From: Candidatus Latescibacterota bacterium
GTDB taxonomy: Bacteria > Latescibacterota > UBA2968 > UBA8231
Direction of reading: 5' to 3'
Assembly (NCBI GenBank): GCA_965248355.1
Contig: OZ252098.1
Location: 3,072,001 to 3,136,000 of the forward strand
Length of the DNA stretch: 64,000 nucleotides
The notes beneath the pieces were generated by a model. It searched no databases. It was not told where the DNA came from and saw nothing but the letters and a program-made list of their open reading frames with translations. The position numbers were made by a program, and so were the translations under genes. Below, piece by piece: positions 40,066 to 49,815 of this stretch (positions are counted from its first letter, which is position 1; each line of letters opens with the position of its first letter).

Positions 40066-40150
40066 GCCCGCGGCGCTCCCTCTGCGGACACTCCCCGTGA
40101 CCGCCTCGTCCTCGAAGGGCGTGTCCACGTTGGGCGCGTCCGAGGGGTGC

Positions 40151-41107
40151 ATGGCGTCTCCCCGCGTCCTGGTCCTCGGCGGCATCAACATGGGGCTGAT
40201 CACCCGCGCCGGGACCCTCCCGGCCCCCGGCCAGACCCTGCGCGGCGAGCGCTTCTACAGCTCCCCCGGCGGCAAGGGGGCGACCCAGGCGGTGGCCGCG
40301 TCCCGCCAGGGTGGGCGCGTCAAGATGGTGGGACGCGTCGGCGGCGACCTCTTCGGCCCCGCCCTCCTGGAATCCCTGCGCTCGCACGGGGTCGACACCT
40401 CGGACGTCGCCGTCGATGCGGAGGCCGCGTCCGGGGTGGGCGTGATCCTCGTCGACGGCAGCGGCCAGAACCGGGTCCTGGCGACCTACGGGGCCAACCT
40501 GCGCTGCGGCGGCGAGCAACTGCGGTCGGTGGAGGCCGCGCTCCCGGAGACCGACGTCCTGCTGTTGCAGATGGAGATTCCCTTCGACGTGTCGCTGCGG
40601 GCGGCGAGGGCCGCCAGGGACCGCAAGGTCCGCGTCATCCTCGACCCGGCCCCGGCGGCCCACGTCCCCGCCGAAGCCTTCACGGCCTTCGACATCATCG
40701 CGCCGAACCAGACCGAAGCGGAGTACCTGGTGGGCGTCGCCGTGGTTGACGTGGAGTCCGCCTCCCGAGCCGCCGGACTGCTTCTCGAACGCGGGGCGCC
40801 GGCGGCGGTGATCAAGATGGCGGAGCTCGGCGCCTGTTACAGAACCGCCGACGAGGAGGGGTACGTCCCTGCCTTCGCCGTCGAGGCGGTCGACACCACC
40901 TCCGCGGGAGACGCCTTCCACGGCGCCCTCGCCGTCGCCCTGGCCGAGGGCCGGAGCCTGCGCGACGCCGTCAGCTTCGCCGCCGCCGCCGGGGCCCTGG
41001 CCGTGACCCGGCCCGGGGTGCAGGACTCGATGCCGGGACGCGCCGCGGTCGAGGAGCTTCTCACACGGGCCGGCGGCCCCCTCGCCACAGCACGAGGATC
41101 CGCATGA
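40151..41107 (+). CDS. rbsK: Ribokinase-like PfkB kinase
   Basis: PGGKG, GRVGGDLFG, PNQTEA, DTTSAGDAF. Confidence 0.85.
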   Translation: MASPRVLVLGGINMGLITRAGTLPAPGQTLRGERFYSSPGGKGATQAVAASRQGGRVKMVGRVGGDLFGPALLESLRSHGVDTSDVAVDAEAASGVGVILVDGSGQNRVLATYGANLRCGGEQLRSVEAALPETDVLLLQMEIPFDVSLRAARAARDRKVRVILDPAPAAHVPAEAFTAFDIIAPNQTEAEYLVGVAVVDVESASRAAGLLLERGAPAAVIKMAELGACYRTADEEGYVPAFAVEAVDTTSAGDAFHGALAVALAEGRSLRDAVSFAAAAGALAVTRPGVQDSMPGRAAVEELLTRAGGPLATARGSA

Positions 41108-41877
41108 AGATCGCCACCTGGAACGTGAACTCGATCAAGGTGCGCCTGCCGCAGCTGCTCCAGTGGCTGGAGGCCGAGGCGCCCGACCTGGTGGGTCTGC
41201 AGGAGACCAAGGTCGTGGACGAGGTCTTTCCCGCGGCCGAGATCGAGGAGGCCGGGTACCACACCGCCTTCAGCGGCCAGAAGGCCTACAACGGCGTCGC
41301 GCTTCTGAGCCGCGAGCCGGCCGCCGACGTGGTCACCGACCTGCCCGGGATGGACGACCCCCAGCGGCGGGTGCTCGGCGCCACGGTGGGCGGCCTGCGC
41401 TTCCTCAACCTGTACGTGCCCAACGGCCAGAGCGTCGGCTCCGACAAGTACGCCTACAAGCTGGAGTGGCTGGGCCGCTGCCGGGAGTACGTGGAGGACC
41501 AGCTGGGCCGGCACGAACGTCTCGTGGTGGTGGGCGACTTCAACGTCGCCCCCGAGGACCGGGACGTGCACGACCCCGCCCTGTGGGCCGACTCGGTGCT
41601 GTTCTCCGAGGCCGAGCGCGAGGCCTTCGCGCGCCTGCTGGCCGCCGGCCTGACCGACGCCTTCCGGCTGTTCCCGCAGGAGGAGGGGACCTTCTCCTGG
41701 TGGGACTACCGCATGGGCGCCTTCCGCCGCAACCGCGGCCTGCGCATCGACCACATCCTGCTCTCCGGGGCTCTGCGCCCCGGCTGCACCGCCTGCCGCA
41801 TCGACCGCGGGCCCCGCGCCTGGACCAAGCCCTCCGACCACGCCCCGGTGGTGGCGGAGGTTTCGGTCGGCTCCTGA
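41104..41877 (+). CDS. xth: Exodeoxyribonuclease III
   Basis: TWNVNS, LQETK, YVPNG, GDFN, WWDYR, RIDH, SDHAP. Confidence 0.96.
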   Translation: MKIATWNVNSIKVRLPQLLQWLEAEAPDLVGLQETKVVDEVFPAAEIEEAGYHTAFSGQKAYNGVALLSREPAADVVTDLPGMDDPQRRVLGATVGGLRFLNLYVPNGQSVGSDKYAYKLEWLGRCREYVEDQLGRHERLVVVGDFNVAPEDRDVHDPALWADSVLFSEAEREAFARLLAAGLTDAFRLFPQEEGTFSWWDYRMGAFRRNRGLRIDHILLSGALRPGCTACRIDRGPRAWTKPSDHAPVVAEVSVGS

Positions 41878-41906
41878 CGGGCCCGCCCCACTTCTCCTCT
41901 TACTGT

Positions 41907-44438
41907 CTACTCCACATGCAGGGTGTAAGGGCCGGTCTCGTCCTGGCCTACGCCTTCGACCCGGATATAGAGAGTGTCGGCCTCAGCCTCGTGCGATATG
42001 CGGAAGTTGAGACCCTGTCCCCCATCATCATTCCTGGCGAGCACCGTGCCTGCATCATCCTCGATGTAGCCAAAGGTATCGAGACCGCCGGTCGTATAGG
42101 CGACCAAGGTTCGCGCCTGGCTGACCTCGACCCGGAAGTAGTCGACATCATTCGGCTCCAAAGCGCTCTGGGTTGCACTCCCCACGTTCACCAAAGTCGC
42201 CGCCGACCGGCTGTCGCCGTGCGCATCCACAACCACATGCAGGGTGTAGGGGCCGGTCTGGGAATCAGCATATCCCTGGACTCGGATGTAGTAGGTGCCG
42301 GCATCCACCACGGCCGTCACTCGGAAGTTGGCACCTTCTCCCCCGTCGTCGTTGCTCGCGAGGACGGTGCCCGTACTGTCCTCGATGTAGCCGTAGGTGT
42401 CCCGATCGCTGGTCGCAAAGGCGGCCAGGATCCCCGCTTGACGGACCTCCACGCGAAAGTAGTCGACGTCATCGGGATCCAACTCGCCTTGCGTCGAACT
42501 CCCCAGAGCCACCAGGGTCGCCGACGAGCGGCTGTCGCCGTGATCTGAGACAGGCGCGGGCGTGTCCAGGGCAATCCAGACAGGCCCCTCCAGTCCGGTG
42601 GCGACGAGGTCTTCCACCTGCGAGCCGTCGAGGTTGGCCCGCTGGATCTTGTCGGTGCCGAAGTCGCTCCAGTACATCTGGCCCCCGGCCAGGTCCAGGG
42701 CCAGCCCCGTGGGACTGGTCAGCCCGGAGACGAGATCCTCGACCTGCGAGCCGTCGAGGTTGGCCCGCTGGATCTTGTCGGTGCCGAAGTCGCTCCAGTA
42801 GAGCTTGCCCCGAGACAGGTCCAGGGCCAGCCCGTTGGGGGTGCGCAAGCCGGCGGTGATCAGGTCTTCGACCTGCGAGCCGTCGAGGTTGGCCCGTTGG
42901 ATCTTGTCGGTCCCCTGATCGGTCCAGTACATCTGGTCCCGGCCAACATCCAGGGCCAGTCCTCCAGGGGTGGTCAGTCCGGTGGTGATCAGGTCTTCGA
43001 CCTGCGACCCGTCCAGGTTGGAACGCTGGATCTTGTTGGTGCCGTAGTCCGTCCAATACACCTTGCCGCCGGCCTTGTCCAGAGCCACCCCATAGGGATT
43101 GTCCAGGCCGGTGGCGACCAGGTCTTCGACGCCGGTGCCGTCCCGATTGGCCCGTTGAATCTTGTTCGCGTTCCAGTCGGACCAGTACATCTTGGACCTG
43201 GTCCCGCCCAGGGCGATTCCGCGTGGGTTGTCCAGTCCGTCGGTAACCAGGTCTTCGAGATCGGAGCCGTCGAGGTTGGCCCGTTGGATCTTGTCGGTGC
43301 CATCATCGGACCAGTACATCTTTCCCCCGGCTACGTCCAAGGCCAGGCTCCAGGGAGAGCTCACCCCGGTGACGAGGTCTTCGACCTGGGAGCCGTCCAG
43401 ATTGGAACGTTGAATCTTGCCCGAGCCCCAATCCGTCCAGTAGATCTTGCCCCCGGCTGCGTTCAAGGCCAGTCCAACGGGATCGCCCAACCCGGTGACC
43501 AGATCTTCGACCTGGGAGCCGTTCAGCTTGGAACGCCGGATCTTGTCCGTGTCCCCCTCCGTCCAGTAGATCCTGCCCCCGGCCAGGTCCAGGGCCAGCA
43601 CAGCGGGATTGCCCAACCCGGTGACCAGGTCTTCGACTTGCGAGCCGTCCAGATTGGAACGCCGGATCTTGTCCGTGTCCCACTCCGTCCAGTAGATCTT
43701 GCCCCCGGCTACGTCCAGGGCCAGCCCATAGGGATCGCCCAACCCGGTGATCAGGTCTTCGACCTGGGAGCCGTCCAGATTGGAACGCCGGATCTTGTCC
43801 GTGTCCCCCTCCGTCCAGTAGATCCTGCCCCCGGCCAGGTCCAGGGCCAGTACAGCGGGATCGCCCAACCCGGTGACCAGATCTTCGACTTGCGAGCCGT
43901 CCAGATTGGAACGCTGGATCTTGTCCGTGCCTCGATCCATCCAGTAGATCTTCGTCGGCCTGCTGACCGACACCGGGCCCACCGGCGCCCCGATCCCGGC
44001 CGGCAGCCGCGGATCGGACGGGTTGATGCCATAGCTGGCAATGAGCCAGGCGTCGGTGACGTCCACCCGGCCGTCCGCATTGACGTCGCCCAGGGCGATG
44101 TCCCCGTCGTTCGGCATGACGGTGGAGGGATCGACGCTGTACAGAAGCACCAGCAGGGCGTCGGCCATGTTGACCCGGCCGTTGCTGTCCACGTCCCCCA
44201 ACAGCCGCCTGCTCTCCGTCGAGGCCGCCTTCGCCCGAGGGGCGTTCTTCGAGGCTTGGACCACCACGTTGACCGGCCCCGCGGCGCGTGCCGCCGAGAA
44301 GGCCGGGTCGACGTAGGGGACCAGCCCGCGCCCCGAGACGGTCAGGCCGTAGACCGGGGACCCGTCCCCTCCTGTGAAGCCGCCCCTCGGCTCGCCCGAG
44401 GGCGCCGGAACGCCGGCCTGTCCGTCGACGAGCACCAT
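41907..44438 (-). CDS. 5'-truncated protein: dockerin-like domain, 11 LDL-receptor class B (YWTD) repeats and two PPC-like domains
   Basis: GDVDSNGRVN..DA / GDVNADGRVD..DA; repeated YW(T/S)D...KIQRANLDGS; two DHG.SRS...DVDYFR..SNDDGG-type units. No signal peptide. Confidence 0.85.
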   Translation of the reverse strand: MVLVDGQAGVPAPSGEPRGGFTGGDGSPVYGLTVSGRGLVPYVDPAFSAARAAGPVNVVVQASKNAPRAKAASTESRRLLGDVDSNGRVNMADALLVLLYSVDPSTVMPNDGDIALGDVNADGRVDVTDAWLIASYGINPSDPRLPAGIGAPVGPVSVSRPTKIYWMDRGTDKIQRSNLDGSQVEDLVTGLGDPAVLALDLAGGRIYWTEGDTDKIRRSNLDGSQVEDLITGLGDPYGLALDVAGGKIYWTEWDTDKIRRSNLDGSQVEDLVTGLGNPAVLALDLAGGRIYWTEGDTDKIRRSKLNGSQVEDLVTGLGDPVGLALNAAGGKIYWTDWGSGKIQRSNLDGSQVEDLVTGVSSPWSLALDVAGGKMYWSDDGTDKIQRANLDGSDLEDLVTDGLDNPRGIALGGTRSKMYWSDWNANKIQRANRDGTGVEDLVATGLDNPYGVALDKAGGKVYWTDYGTNKIQRSNLDGSQVEDLITTGLTTPGGLALDVGRDQMYWTDQGTDKIQRANLDGSQVEDLITAGLRTPNGLALDLSRGKLYWSDFGTDKIQRANLDGSQVEDLVSGLTSPTGLALDLAGGQMYWSDFGTDKIQRANLDGSQVEDLVATGLEGPVWIALDTPAPVSDHGDSRSSATLVALGSSTQGELDPDDVDYFRVEVRQAGILAAFATSDRDTYGYIEDSTGTVLASNDDGGEGANFRVTAVVDAGTYYIRVQGYADSQTGPYTLHVVVDAHGDSRSAATLVNVGSATQSALEPNDVDYFRVEVSQARTLVAYTTGGLDTFGYIEDDAGTVLARNDDGGQGLNFRISHEAEADTLYIRVEGVGQDETGPYTLHVE
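43545..43930 (-). repeat. Near-identical 126-bp YWTD units with a recent 252-bp duplication
   Basis: The segment starting at 43561 is almost identical to the one starting at 43813. Confidence 0.85.
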
Positions 44439-44501
44439 GCGCTCCGTCAGGCTGACACCGCCGCCTCGCAGCCGGTAGAGATAGACGGGCTCAGGCGCGG
44501 A

Positions 44502-44520
44502 GAAGGGACTCGATCCCTTC
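44502..44520. terminator. Hairpin after the FAH gene
   Basis: GAAGGGA-ctcga-TCCCTTC; no strong U tract. Confidence 0.4.
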
Positions 44521-44534
44521 GCGCGGATTGCGAG

Positions 44535-45338
44535 TCAGCGGGCGCCGACTGGGTCGATCTGGTATTCCGCCGCCACCGGATTCCGCAGCACGCCGATTCC
44601 CTCGATCTCGATCTCCACCACGTCGCCGGGGTGCACCTCGCCGACGCCGGAGGGAGTGCCGGTCATGATGACGTCGCCGGGGAGCAGGGTGACGGCGGCG
44701 CTGAGGTACTCGATCAGCTCGGCCACCGTGAAGATCAGGTCCGCTGTCGAGGTGGACTGCACGACGCGGCCGTTGAGGCGGGTCGTCAGCGGCAGGTCCG
44801 AGGGGTCGAGGCCGGTGGCGATCCAGGGACCCAGGGGCTTGAAGGTGTCGAAGCCCTTGCCGATGAGCAGGCAGCCGTTGGCCATCTCCGCCTTCTGGAT
44901 GACGCGCTCGCTCACGTCGTTGCCGATGGTGTAGCCGAAGACGTGGTCGAGGGCCCGCTCTGCGGAGACGCGCCGGGCGGGGGTGCCGATGACGACGGCC
45001 AGCTCGCCCTCGTAGTGGACGACGCGGCCCTGCCTGGGGTAGACGATGTCGTCGCCGGGGTTGCAGACCGCCGTCGACGGCAGGTGGAAGAGCATCGGCT
45101 GCTCGGGCTCGGGGAGGCCGCTCTCGGCGGCGTGCTCGGCGTAGTTCAGGCCCACGCCGATCAGGCGCGGGTCGGCCACCGGCGCCAGCAGGCGCACCTC
45201 GGCGAGGGGGATGCGGCTCTGCGTGCGGCGCAGCCCATCGAACCCGGGGTCCTCGAGGAGGTCCAGCGTGTCGTCGCCGGCGAAGACTCCGTAGCCCTCG
45301 CGGCCGTCGTGCTCGAAGCGGGCGATCCGCTCAGTCAT
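44535..45338 (-). CDS. Fumarylacetoacetate hydrolase family protein
   Basis: GLNYAEH, YEGEL, GNDVSER, KGFDTF.PLGP, GDVIMTGTP. Confidence 0.93.
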   Translation of the reverse strand: MTERIARFEHDGREGYGVFAGDDTLDLLEDPGFDGLRRTQSRIPLAEVRLLAPVADPRLIGVGLNYAEHAAESGLPEPEQPMLFHLPSTAVCNPGDDIVYPRQGRVVHYEGELAVVIGTPARRVSAERALDHVFGYTIGNDVSERVIQKAEMANGCLLIGKGFDTFKPLGPWIATGLDPSDLPLTTRLNGRVVQSTSTADLIFTVAELIEYLSAAVTLLPGDVIMTGTPSGVGEVHPGDVVEIEIEGIGVLRNPVAAEYQIDPVGAR

Positions 45339-46260
45339 CTTCCTCCACCTCCTCTTCCATTCGCCGGTGGTGTCCCGGCAGGTCGGCGGCCTCGGCCCCG
45401 CCGTCGTGGACGACCAGGCGCAGGCCACATGCGAATTCGGCGCCGCGCTTCACGGCCACGGCCGCGGCGGCGAAGGGGTTCACCGTCATGGTGCCCCAGT
45501 CGGTGACGTACCAGGGGTGGCCGGCGGTGTCGCCGTGGGGCATGAGGGCCACGCCGGCGGTCCGTCCCCCGCCGGCCGGGCCGGAGCAGTCCACCCAGTC
45601 GGAACGGGTACCCGAGACGGCTTCCGGGCCCTGGCGGCCCTGCGAGTCCGTCACCTGGCCTCCGTGGCTCGGACGCAGGCTCTCGGCCAGGCGCACGCCG
45701 AACCAGGCGTGGCGCGTGGGGCCGATCTGCAGGTCCCACTCCGTGGGCGACAGGCGCGAGCGCAGGTCGATGACGTTGGCCTCGTCGAGGGGGCGCACGT
45801 CGATGACGCGCTCCTCGGCCGCTACGACCCGCCCCTCGGGCGCCCCCCACTCCCGGGGTCCGCGCCACTGCAGCCGCTGGGTGAGCCGCAGCCGCCCCTC
45901 GCCGCGCTCCTCGTGCTCCAGGCCGACGGCCTCGATGCGCCCCGGGGCCCGCCCCTGGAAGGTGTCGTTCACGTAGAAGTTGTAGGTCCCCGGCTCGCTG
46001 TCGCCGCCGGCGAAGGGCAGCTCCGCCGTGACGCGGTCGGCGGCGATCCACACCGAGTTGTGATGGGGGTGGTCGACGGGGCTCTCGGAGGTGACGGGCA
46101 CGCCGGAGGGGGTGTACACGGGAAAGAGGTAGGCTCGGAAGGGACCCTGGCTCAGGGAGAAGAGGTGCCGGCCGCAAGAACGGACGTCGGTGCGGCGGCT
46201 GTGGGCGGAGGCCCCGGAAGGCAGGGCCACCGCCTCGTCGCCCACCGAGAACGAACTCAT
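45331..46260 (-). CDS. DUF6807 ('PmoA'-labelled) family protein
   Basis: YLFPVYTPSG..VT...P.DHPHH.S.W motif. Confidence 0.72.
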   Translation of the reverse strand: MSSFSVGDEAVALPSGASAHSRRTDVRSCGRHLFSLSQGPFRAYLFPVYTPSGVPVTSESPVDHPHHNSVWIAADRVTAELPFAGGDSEPGTYNFYVNDTFQGRAPGRIEAVGLEHEERGEGRLRLTQRLQWRGPREWGAPEGRVVAAEERVIDVRPLDEANVIDLRSRLSPTEWDLQIGPTRHAWFGVRLAESLRPSHGGQVTDSQGRQGPEAVSGTRSDWVDCSGPAGGGRTAGVALMPHGDTAGHPWYVTDWGTMTVNPFAAAAVAVKRGAEFACGLRLVVHDGGAEAADLPGHHRRMEEEVEEDD

Positions 46261-47099
46261 CCCCGCTCCACGCCGGCCTCGCGGAAGGCCCGGGTCATCG
46301 AGTCGTAGCTGATCCTGGCCGCCTCTTCCACGTCGTAGTCGTCGCGGCCCCAGATGCGGCCGCTCACCTCCAGGGTGAGGAAGCCCTCCCATCCGCCCGC
46401 GGCCATGGCCTTCACGTAGGCCGCGGCGTCGAGATCCCCCTGTCCGAGGAGCAGCAGGTCGAAGCTGCCGTCGTCGTGGCGGCGGGCGTCGGTGACGTGG
46501 GTGTGGCCGGTGATCGGCAGCAGGCGCTCCACGGCCTCGGTCTCGTCCTCCCCCGCCAGGTAGAAGTGGACGATGTCGAAGTGCAGGCGCACCGCCGGGC
46601 TGGCGACGCTCTCGATCACCCACAGGGCGCGCTCCGAGCGGTCCACGGCGGCGCGGCAATGGGCCTCCGCGGCCACGAGGAACCCCTCCTGCCGGGCCAG
46701 CCGCCCGTAGTCCCCGAGGTGGTCGACGATGCGGCCCTTCAGCTGCTCCCACTGGTCCTTGCGGCCGCCGATGCCGAGGGCCACCACGGGGGGCTCGGGG
46801 CCCAGGTCCCGGGCGAGTCCGGCGCAGCGTTTCACGTGCTCCTGGGTGCGCCGGTGCCCGTCCTCGTCCTCGGCCAGGGCGTGGGCGAGGGTGAACACCG
46901 CCGGGACGCCCAGGCCCAGCCGCCCGAGCAACTCGCGCAGCCGCCGGCGCCGGCCGGCGTCCATCTCCTCCGGCATCGAGGCGGCGTGACCGGGGCTGAC
47001 GCAGATCTCGACCCCGTCGTAGCCGATCTCCGCCAGCAGCGGCGCCGCCTGCTCCAGGGGCAGGTCCGGCATGGCGTAGGTGCCGTAGGCGATGCGCAA
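46257..47099 (-). CDS. Sugar phosphate isomerase/epimerase (xylose-isomerase-like TIM barrel)
   Basis: GYDGVE, EAH, FDIVH, HTHVTD, TLE. Confidence 0.88.
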   Translation of the reverse strand: MRIAYGTYAMPDLPLEQAAPLLAEIGYDGVEICVSPGHAASMPEEMDAGRRRRLRELLGRLGLGVPAVFTLAHALAEDEDGHRRTQEHVKRCAGLARDLGPEPPVVALGIGGRKDQWEQLKGRIVDHLGDYGRLARQEGFLVAAEAHCRAAVDRSERALWVIESVASPAVRLHFDIVHFYLAGEDETEAVERLLPITGHTHVTDARRHDDGSFDLLLLGQGDLDAAAYVKAMAAGGWEGFLTLEVSGRIWGRDDYDVEEAARISYDSMTRAFREAGVERG

Positions 47100-47101
47100 C
47101 G

Positions 47102-47608
47102 CTACTCGAAGACGCCGCAGCGGAGCATGGCGGCCCCGTAGTAGGGGTTCATGATCTCGCCCTCGGGCTGGATCCAGCGTCCGCCCTCGTTGGCGAAGGC
47201 CATGGGGCAGAAGGCCACCTGCAGCCCCTCGGGCAGGGGGGACTCGATCAGCTTCGCCGACAGGTCCCGGAAGGCGAGGCGGGCGCCGGCCAGGTCCGCG
47301 GCCTGCGCCGCGGATTCGGCCAGGGGGCGCAGGTCGTCCTGGGCGTGCCCGGCCAGGGCGGCCAGGGCGGCGGCGGCCTCCTCGAAGCGGTCGTGGGCCA
47401 GGGCGTCCTGGGCCCGCAGGTAGGCGCGCACCACGCCGGGGGGGCGGTCCTCGAAGCGGCCCGGGTCGTACGCCGCGGCCGGCTCGGCGGCGGGTGCCTC
47501 GGCGGCGGGCGGGTCCTCCACAGGCTCGGAGGCGCAGGCGGCCAGCAGGGCGCCCGCCGCGATGGCGGCGACGAAGGTGCTCGGAAGGGTCGGGGGTATG
47601 CGCCGCAT
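47102..47608 (-). CDS. DUF3347-like lipoprotein
   Basis: LAAC lipobox; FCPMAF...W...NPYYG..MLRCG. Confidence 0.8.
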   Translation of the reverse strand: MRRIPPTLPSTFVAAIAAGALLAACASEPVEDPPAAEAPAAEPAAAYDPGRFEDRPPGVVRAYLRAQDALAHDRFEEAAAALAALAGHAQDDLRPLAESAAQAADLAGARLAFRDLSAKLIESPLPEGLQVAFCPMAFANEGGRWIQPEGEIMNPYYGAAMLRCGVFE

Positions 47609-47619
47609 GATTCGCTCCT

Positions 47620-48390
47620 TCAGGCGTGGGCCAGGGGGAAGGTGCCCAGGTAGCCCCGGGGCCGCGACACGAACCAGACGCCCTCGTGCATGGGCGTCAC
47701 CTGGTAGTGGCAGACCACGTTGGAGCGCTCCATGTCGTCGCGCTCCTTGGCGCCCTGGTGGGGGATGTGGCTCAGAAAGACGACGCAGTCGCCCGCCTTC
47801 GGGTAGAGAACGACGTGCTCCTGCGCCTCGCACCAGGCCTCGAACCTGGGCCGGTCCATGGGCTCCAGGTGGGGCGGCTCGGAGAGGTGGCCGTCCTTGA
47901 TGAACTTCAGGTGCCCCTCGCCCGGGCCGTTGTCCTGGAAGTAGAAGGTGGTGTTCATGCCCGCCGCCGGCACCGCCAGACGCGCGCCGTCGAGGCGCCG
48001 CCTCTCCCGCCAGTACCCGTAGAAGTCCATGTGCCACTCCTGCACGTAGGCCCCGGGATTGATGTGGGCGCGGAAGCTGCGCAGCTGGCACTGGGGTCCC
48101 ATCATGCCCTGCAGGACGGGGCGCACGCCGGGGTGCGCCACCAGGGGGGCGAAGGTCTCCGGCTCGCGGTCGAGGAGGCTGTCGAACCACATGTTGCCCA
48201 CCTCGTTCAGGCCCTCCTCCCAGCCCTGCCCGCGGGCGTGGTCGATGCGCCGCCGCACGTGGTCCGTCTCCTCGGGGGCGAGGACGCCCTCCAGCAGGAG
48301 GAATCCGTCGCGCTCCAGCTGGTCCAGCCGCTGATCCAGCCCTTCCACGGCTCGACTCCTGTTCGTGGGTTGGTGCATCCGTGCATGCAT
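47620..48390 (-). CDS. PhyH-family dioxygenase
   Basis: DGFLLLE, WHMD, AGDCVVF..HIPH. Confidence 0.85.
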   Translation of the reverse strand: MHARMHQPTNRSRAVEGLDQRLDQLERDGFLLLEGVLAPEETDHVRRRIDHARGQGWEEGLNEVGNMWFDSLLDREPETFAPLVAHPGVRPVLQGMMGPQCQLRSFRAHINPGAYVQEWHMDFYGYWRERRRLDGARLAVPAAGMNTTFYFQDNGPGEGHLKFIKDGHLSEPPHLEPMDRPRFEAWCEAQEHVVLYPKAGDCVVFLSHIPHQGAKERDDMERSNVVCHYQVTPMHEGVWFVSRPRGYLGTFPLAHA

Positions 48391-48498
48391 CGCGGGGCGG
48401 GGGAATATAGCCGAAGGCGGTATGCGCCGTCACCGGCCGGCGAGGGTGCTGACGGGGCGGCTGCTCCACCTCGAGCGGCGAACGGCTCGGGGCTGAAA

Positions 48499-49338
48499 TC
48501 ACCCCCGGGCGGGCTCGGCCGTCTCCTCCCGCGCCCTGGCGGCCAGCCCGGCGAGGTGGCCGTCGTTGGCGCGCACCTGCTCCAGGTGCACCATGCGGCG
48601 CTTGCCGGCGGTCTCCATCATCGTGTCGCCGTAGACGCGGTCGATCCAGAACCGGGCGTGGACGGCGATGTACTCGCGCAGCGCCGGCAGCTCCTCCTCC
48701 GGGAACCGCTGCGAGCAGTTGATGGTGAACATGCGGCGGCGGGCCGAGCCGCCGAAGGCGGCGTGCTTCAGGTTGTGGTTGAAGACCAGCACGTCGCCGG
48801 GCTTCGTCTCCAGGGGCAGGCACGGCAGGTCGCGCGCTTCCATCCCCCAGGTCTCCGGGATCTCGCGGATGTGCTCCTGCACGGTGCCCGCGAACCCGTC
48901 CTCCAGGTGGTGGCTGCCGGGGATCACCCGCAGGCAGCCGCTGTCGCGGGTCAGGGGGTCGAGGTAGAGGGCGACCTTGACGAAGCGCAGGCGGCGGCCC
49001 CAGCCGTCGGAGTGCCAGCGGGTGTCGCCGGCGTAGTAGTTGCCGTCGGAGCCGACGTAGTTGAAGTCGGGGCCGATCAGGCTGGACAGCAGGCCCTCGA
49101 TGCGGGCGTCGTCGAGCAAGGCGCACAGCCGCGGGTGCTGGTCGATGAAGGGCACGATGCAGGAGCGCTGCTCGCCGTCGTGAGGGGCGCCGTGATGACC
49201 GCCGCCGCGCCCGGCCCACACGGCCTCGAAGGCCTCGAGGATCTCGTCGATGCAGTCTCCGAGCAGGCCGGGGAATGCGAGGAAGCCGAAGGTCTCGAAG
49301 AAGCGCAGTTGTTCGGGCGTGAGTCTGCGATCGGTCAT
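48499..49338 (-). CDS. PhyH-family dioxygenase
   Basis: FETFGFL, WHSD, VIPGSH, PGDVLVFNHNLKH. Confidence 0.88.
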   Translation of the reverse strand: MTDRRLTPEQLRFFETFGFLAFPGLLGDCIDEILEAFEAVWAGRGGGHHGAPHDGEQRSCIVPFIDQHPRLCALLDDARIEGLLSSLIGPDFNYVGSDGNYYAGDTRWHSDGWGRRLRFVKVALYLDPLTRDSGCLRVIPGSHHLEDGFAGTVQEHIREIPETWGMEARDLPCLPLETKPGDVLVFNHNLKHAAFGGSARRRMFTINCSQRFPEEELPALREYIAVHARFWIDRVYGDTMMETAGKRRMVHLEQVRANDGHLAGLAARAREETAEPARG

Positions 49339-49815
49339 GGCGGCACCGGGAGTCAGGAGGGCAGGGAGCGCAGGGGAGCCTGCCAAATAAAGGCTCGTCG
49401 CGCATTTCGGAGTAGGGCCATGGGCCGAGGCTCCCCTGCCGGGCCCCGGACAACGGGTTCCGTATCCACCCATTTCTCCAGAGGAATTGTAGATCTGTCG
49501 ATTTTTGAAGATTTGTCATGGTCGTCAAAAAGGGAGGGTATCCGGGTCCCTCAGGGCGGCTTTGAAGGCGTATTGGCAGCAGCCCTGGCGCCGCTGAGAG
49601 CCATGTCATTCCGACCTTTGAGAGGCATCGTGGTTCCAGCGCCGACAAGGGCCGGGGCTTCTGCAGCCTGCCCTGGATGGAGCATCCCCGCGAGCTGCTT
49701 CCGGAGTTGGAACGGATCGCCCTCCTCCAAGGTCAATAGTACCGAGACCGATGCCTTGTCAGACGGGGTCATCGACCAATCTGGCATCAGGCCGACCAAG
49801 GAAGAGCGAAAAGCG

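Noticed and set aside
42560..43960. Regular ~126-129-bp repeats as a possible CRISPR array
   Set aside because: In-frame coding YWTD repeats with no unique spacers; no cas genes.
45331..46260. Methane monooxygenase, from the 'PmoA' family label
   Set aside because: Soluble protein without TM helices; no pmoB or pmoC.
49550..49740. Possible gene remnant (SSADKGRGFCSLPWMEHPRELLPELERIA)
   Set aside because: Looks coding-like but no family recognised and no start; cannot be supported.
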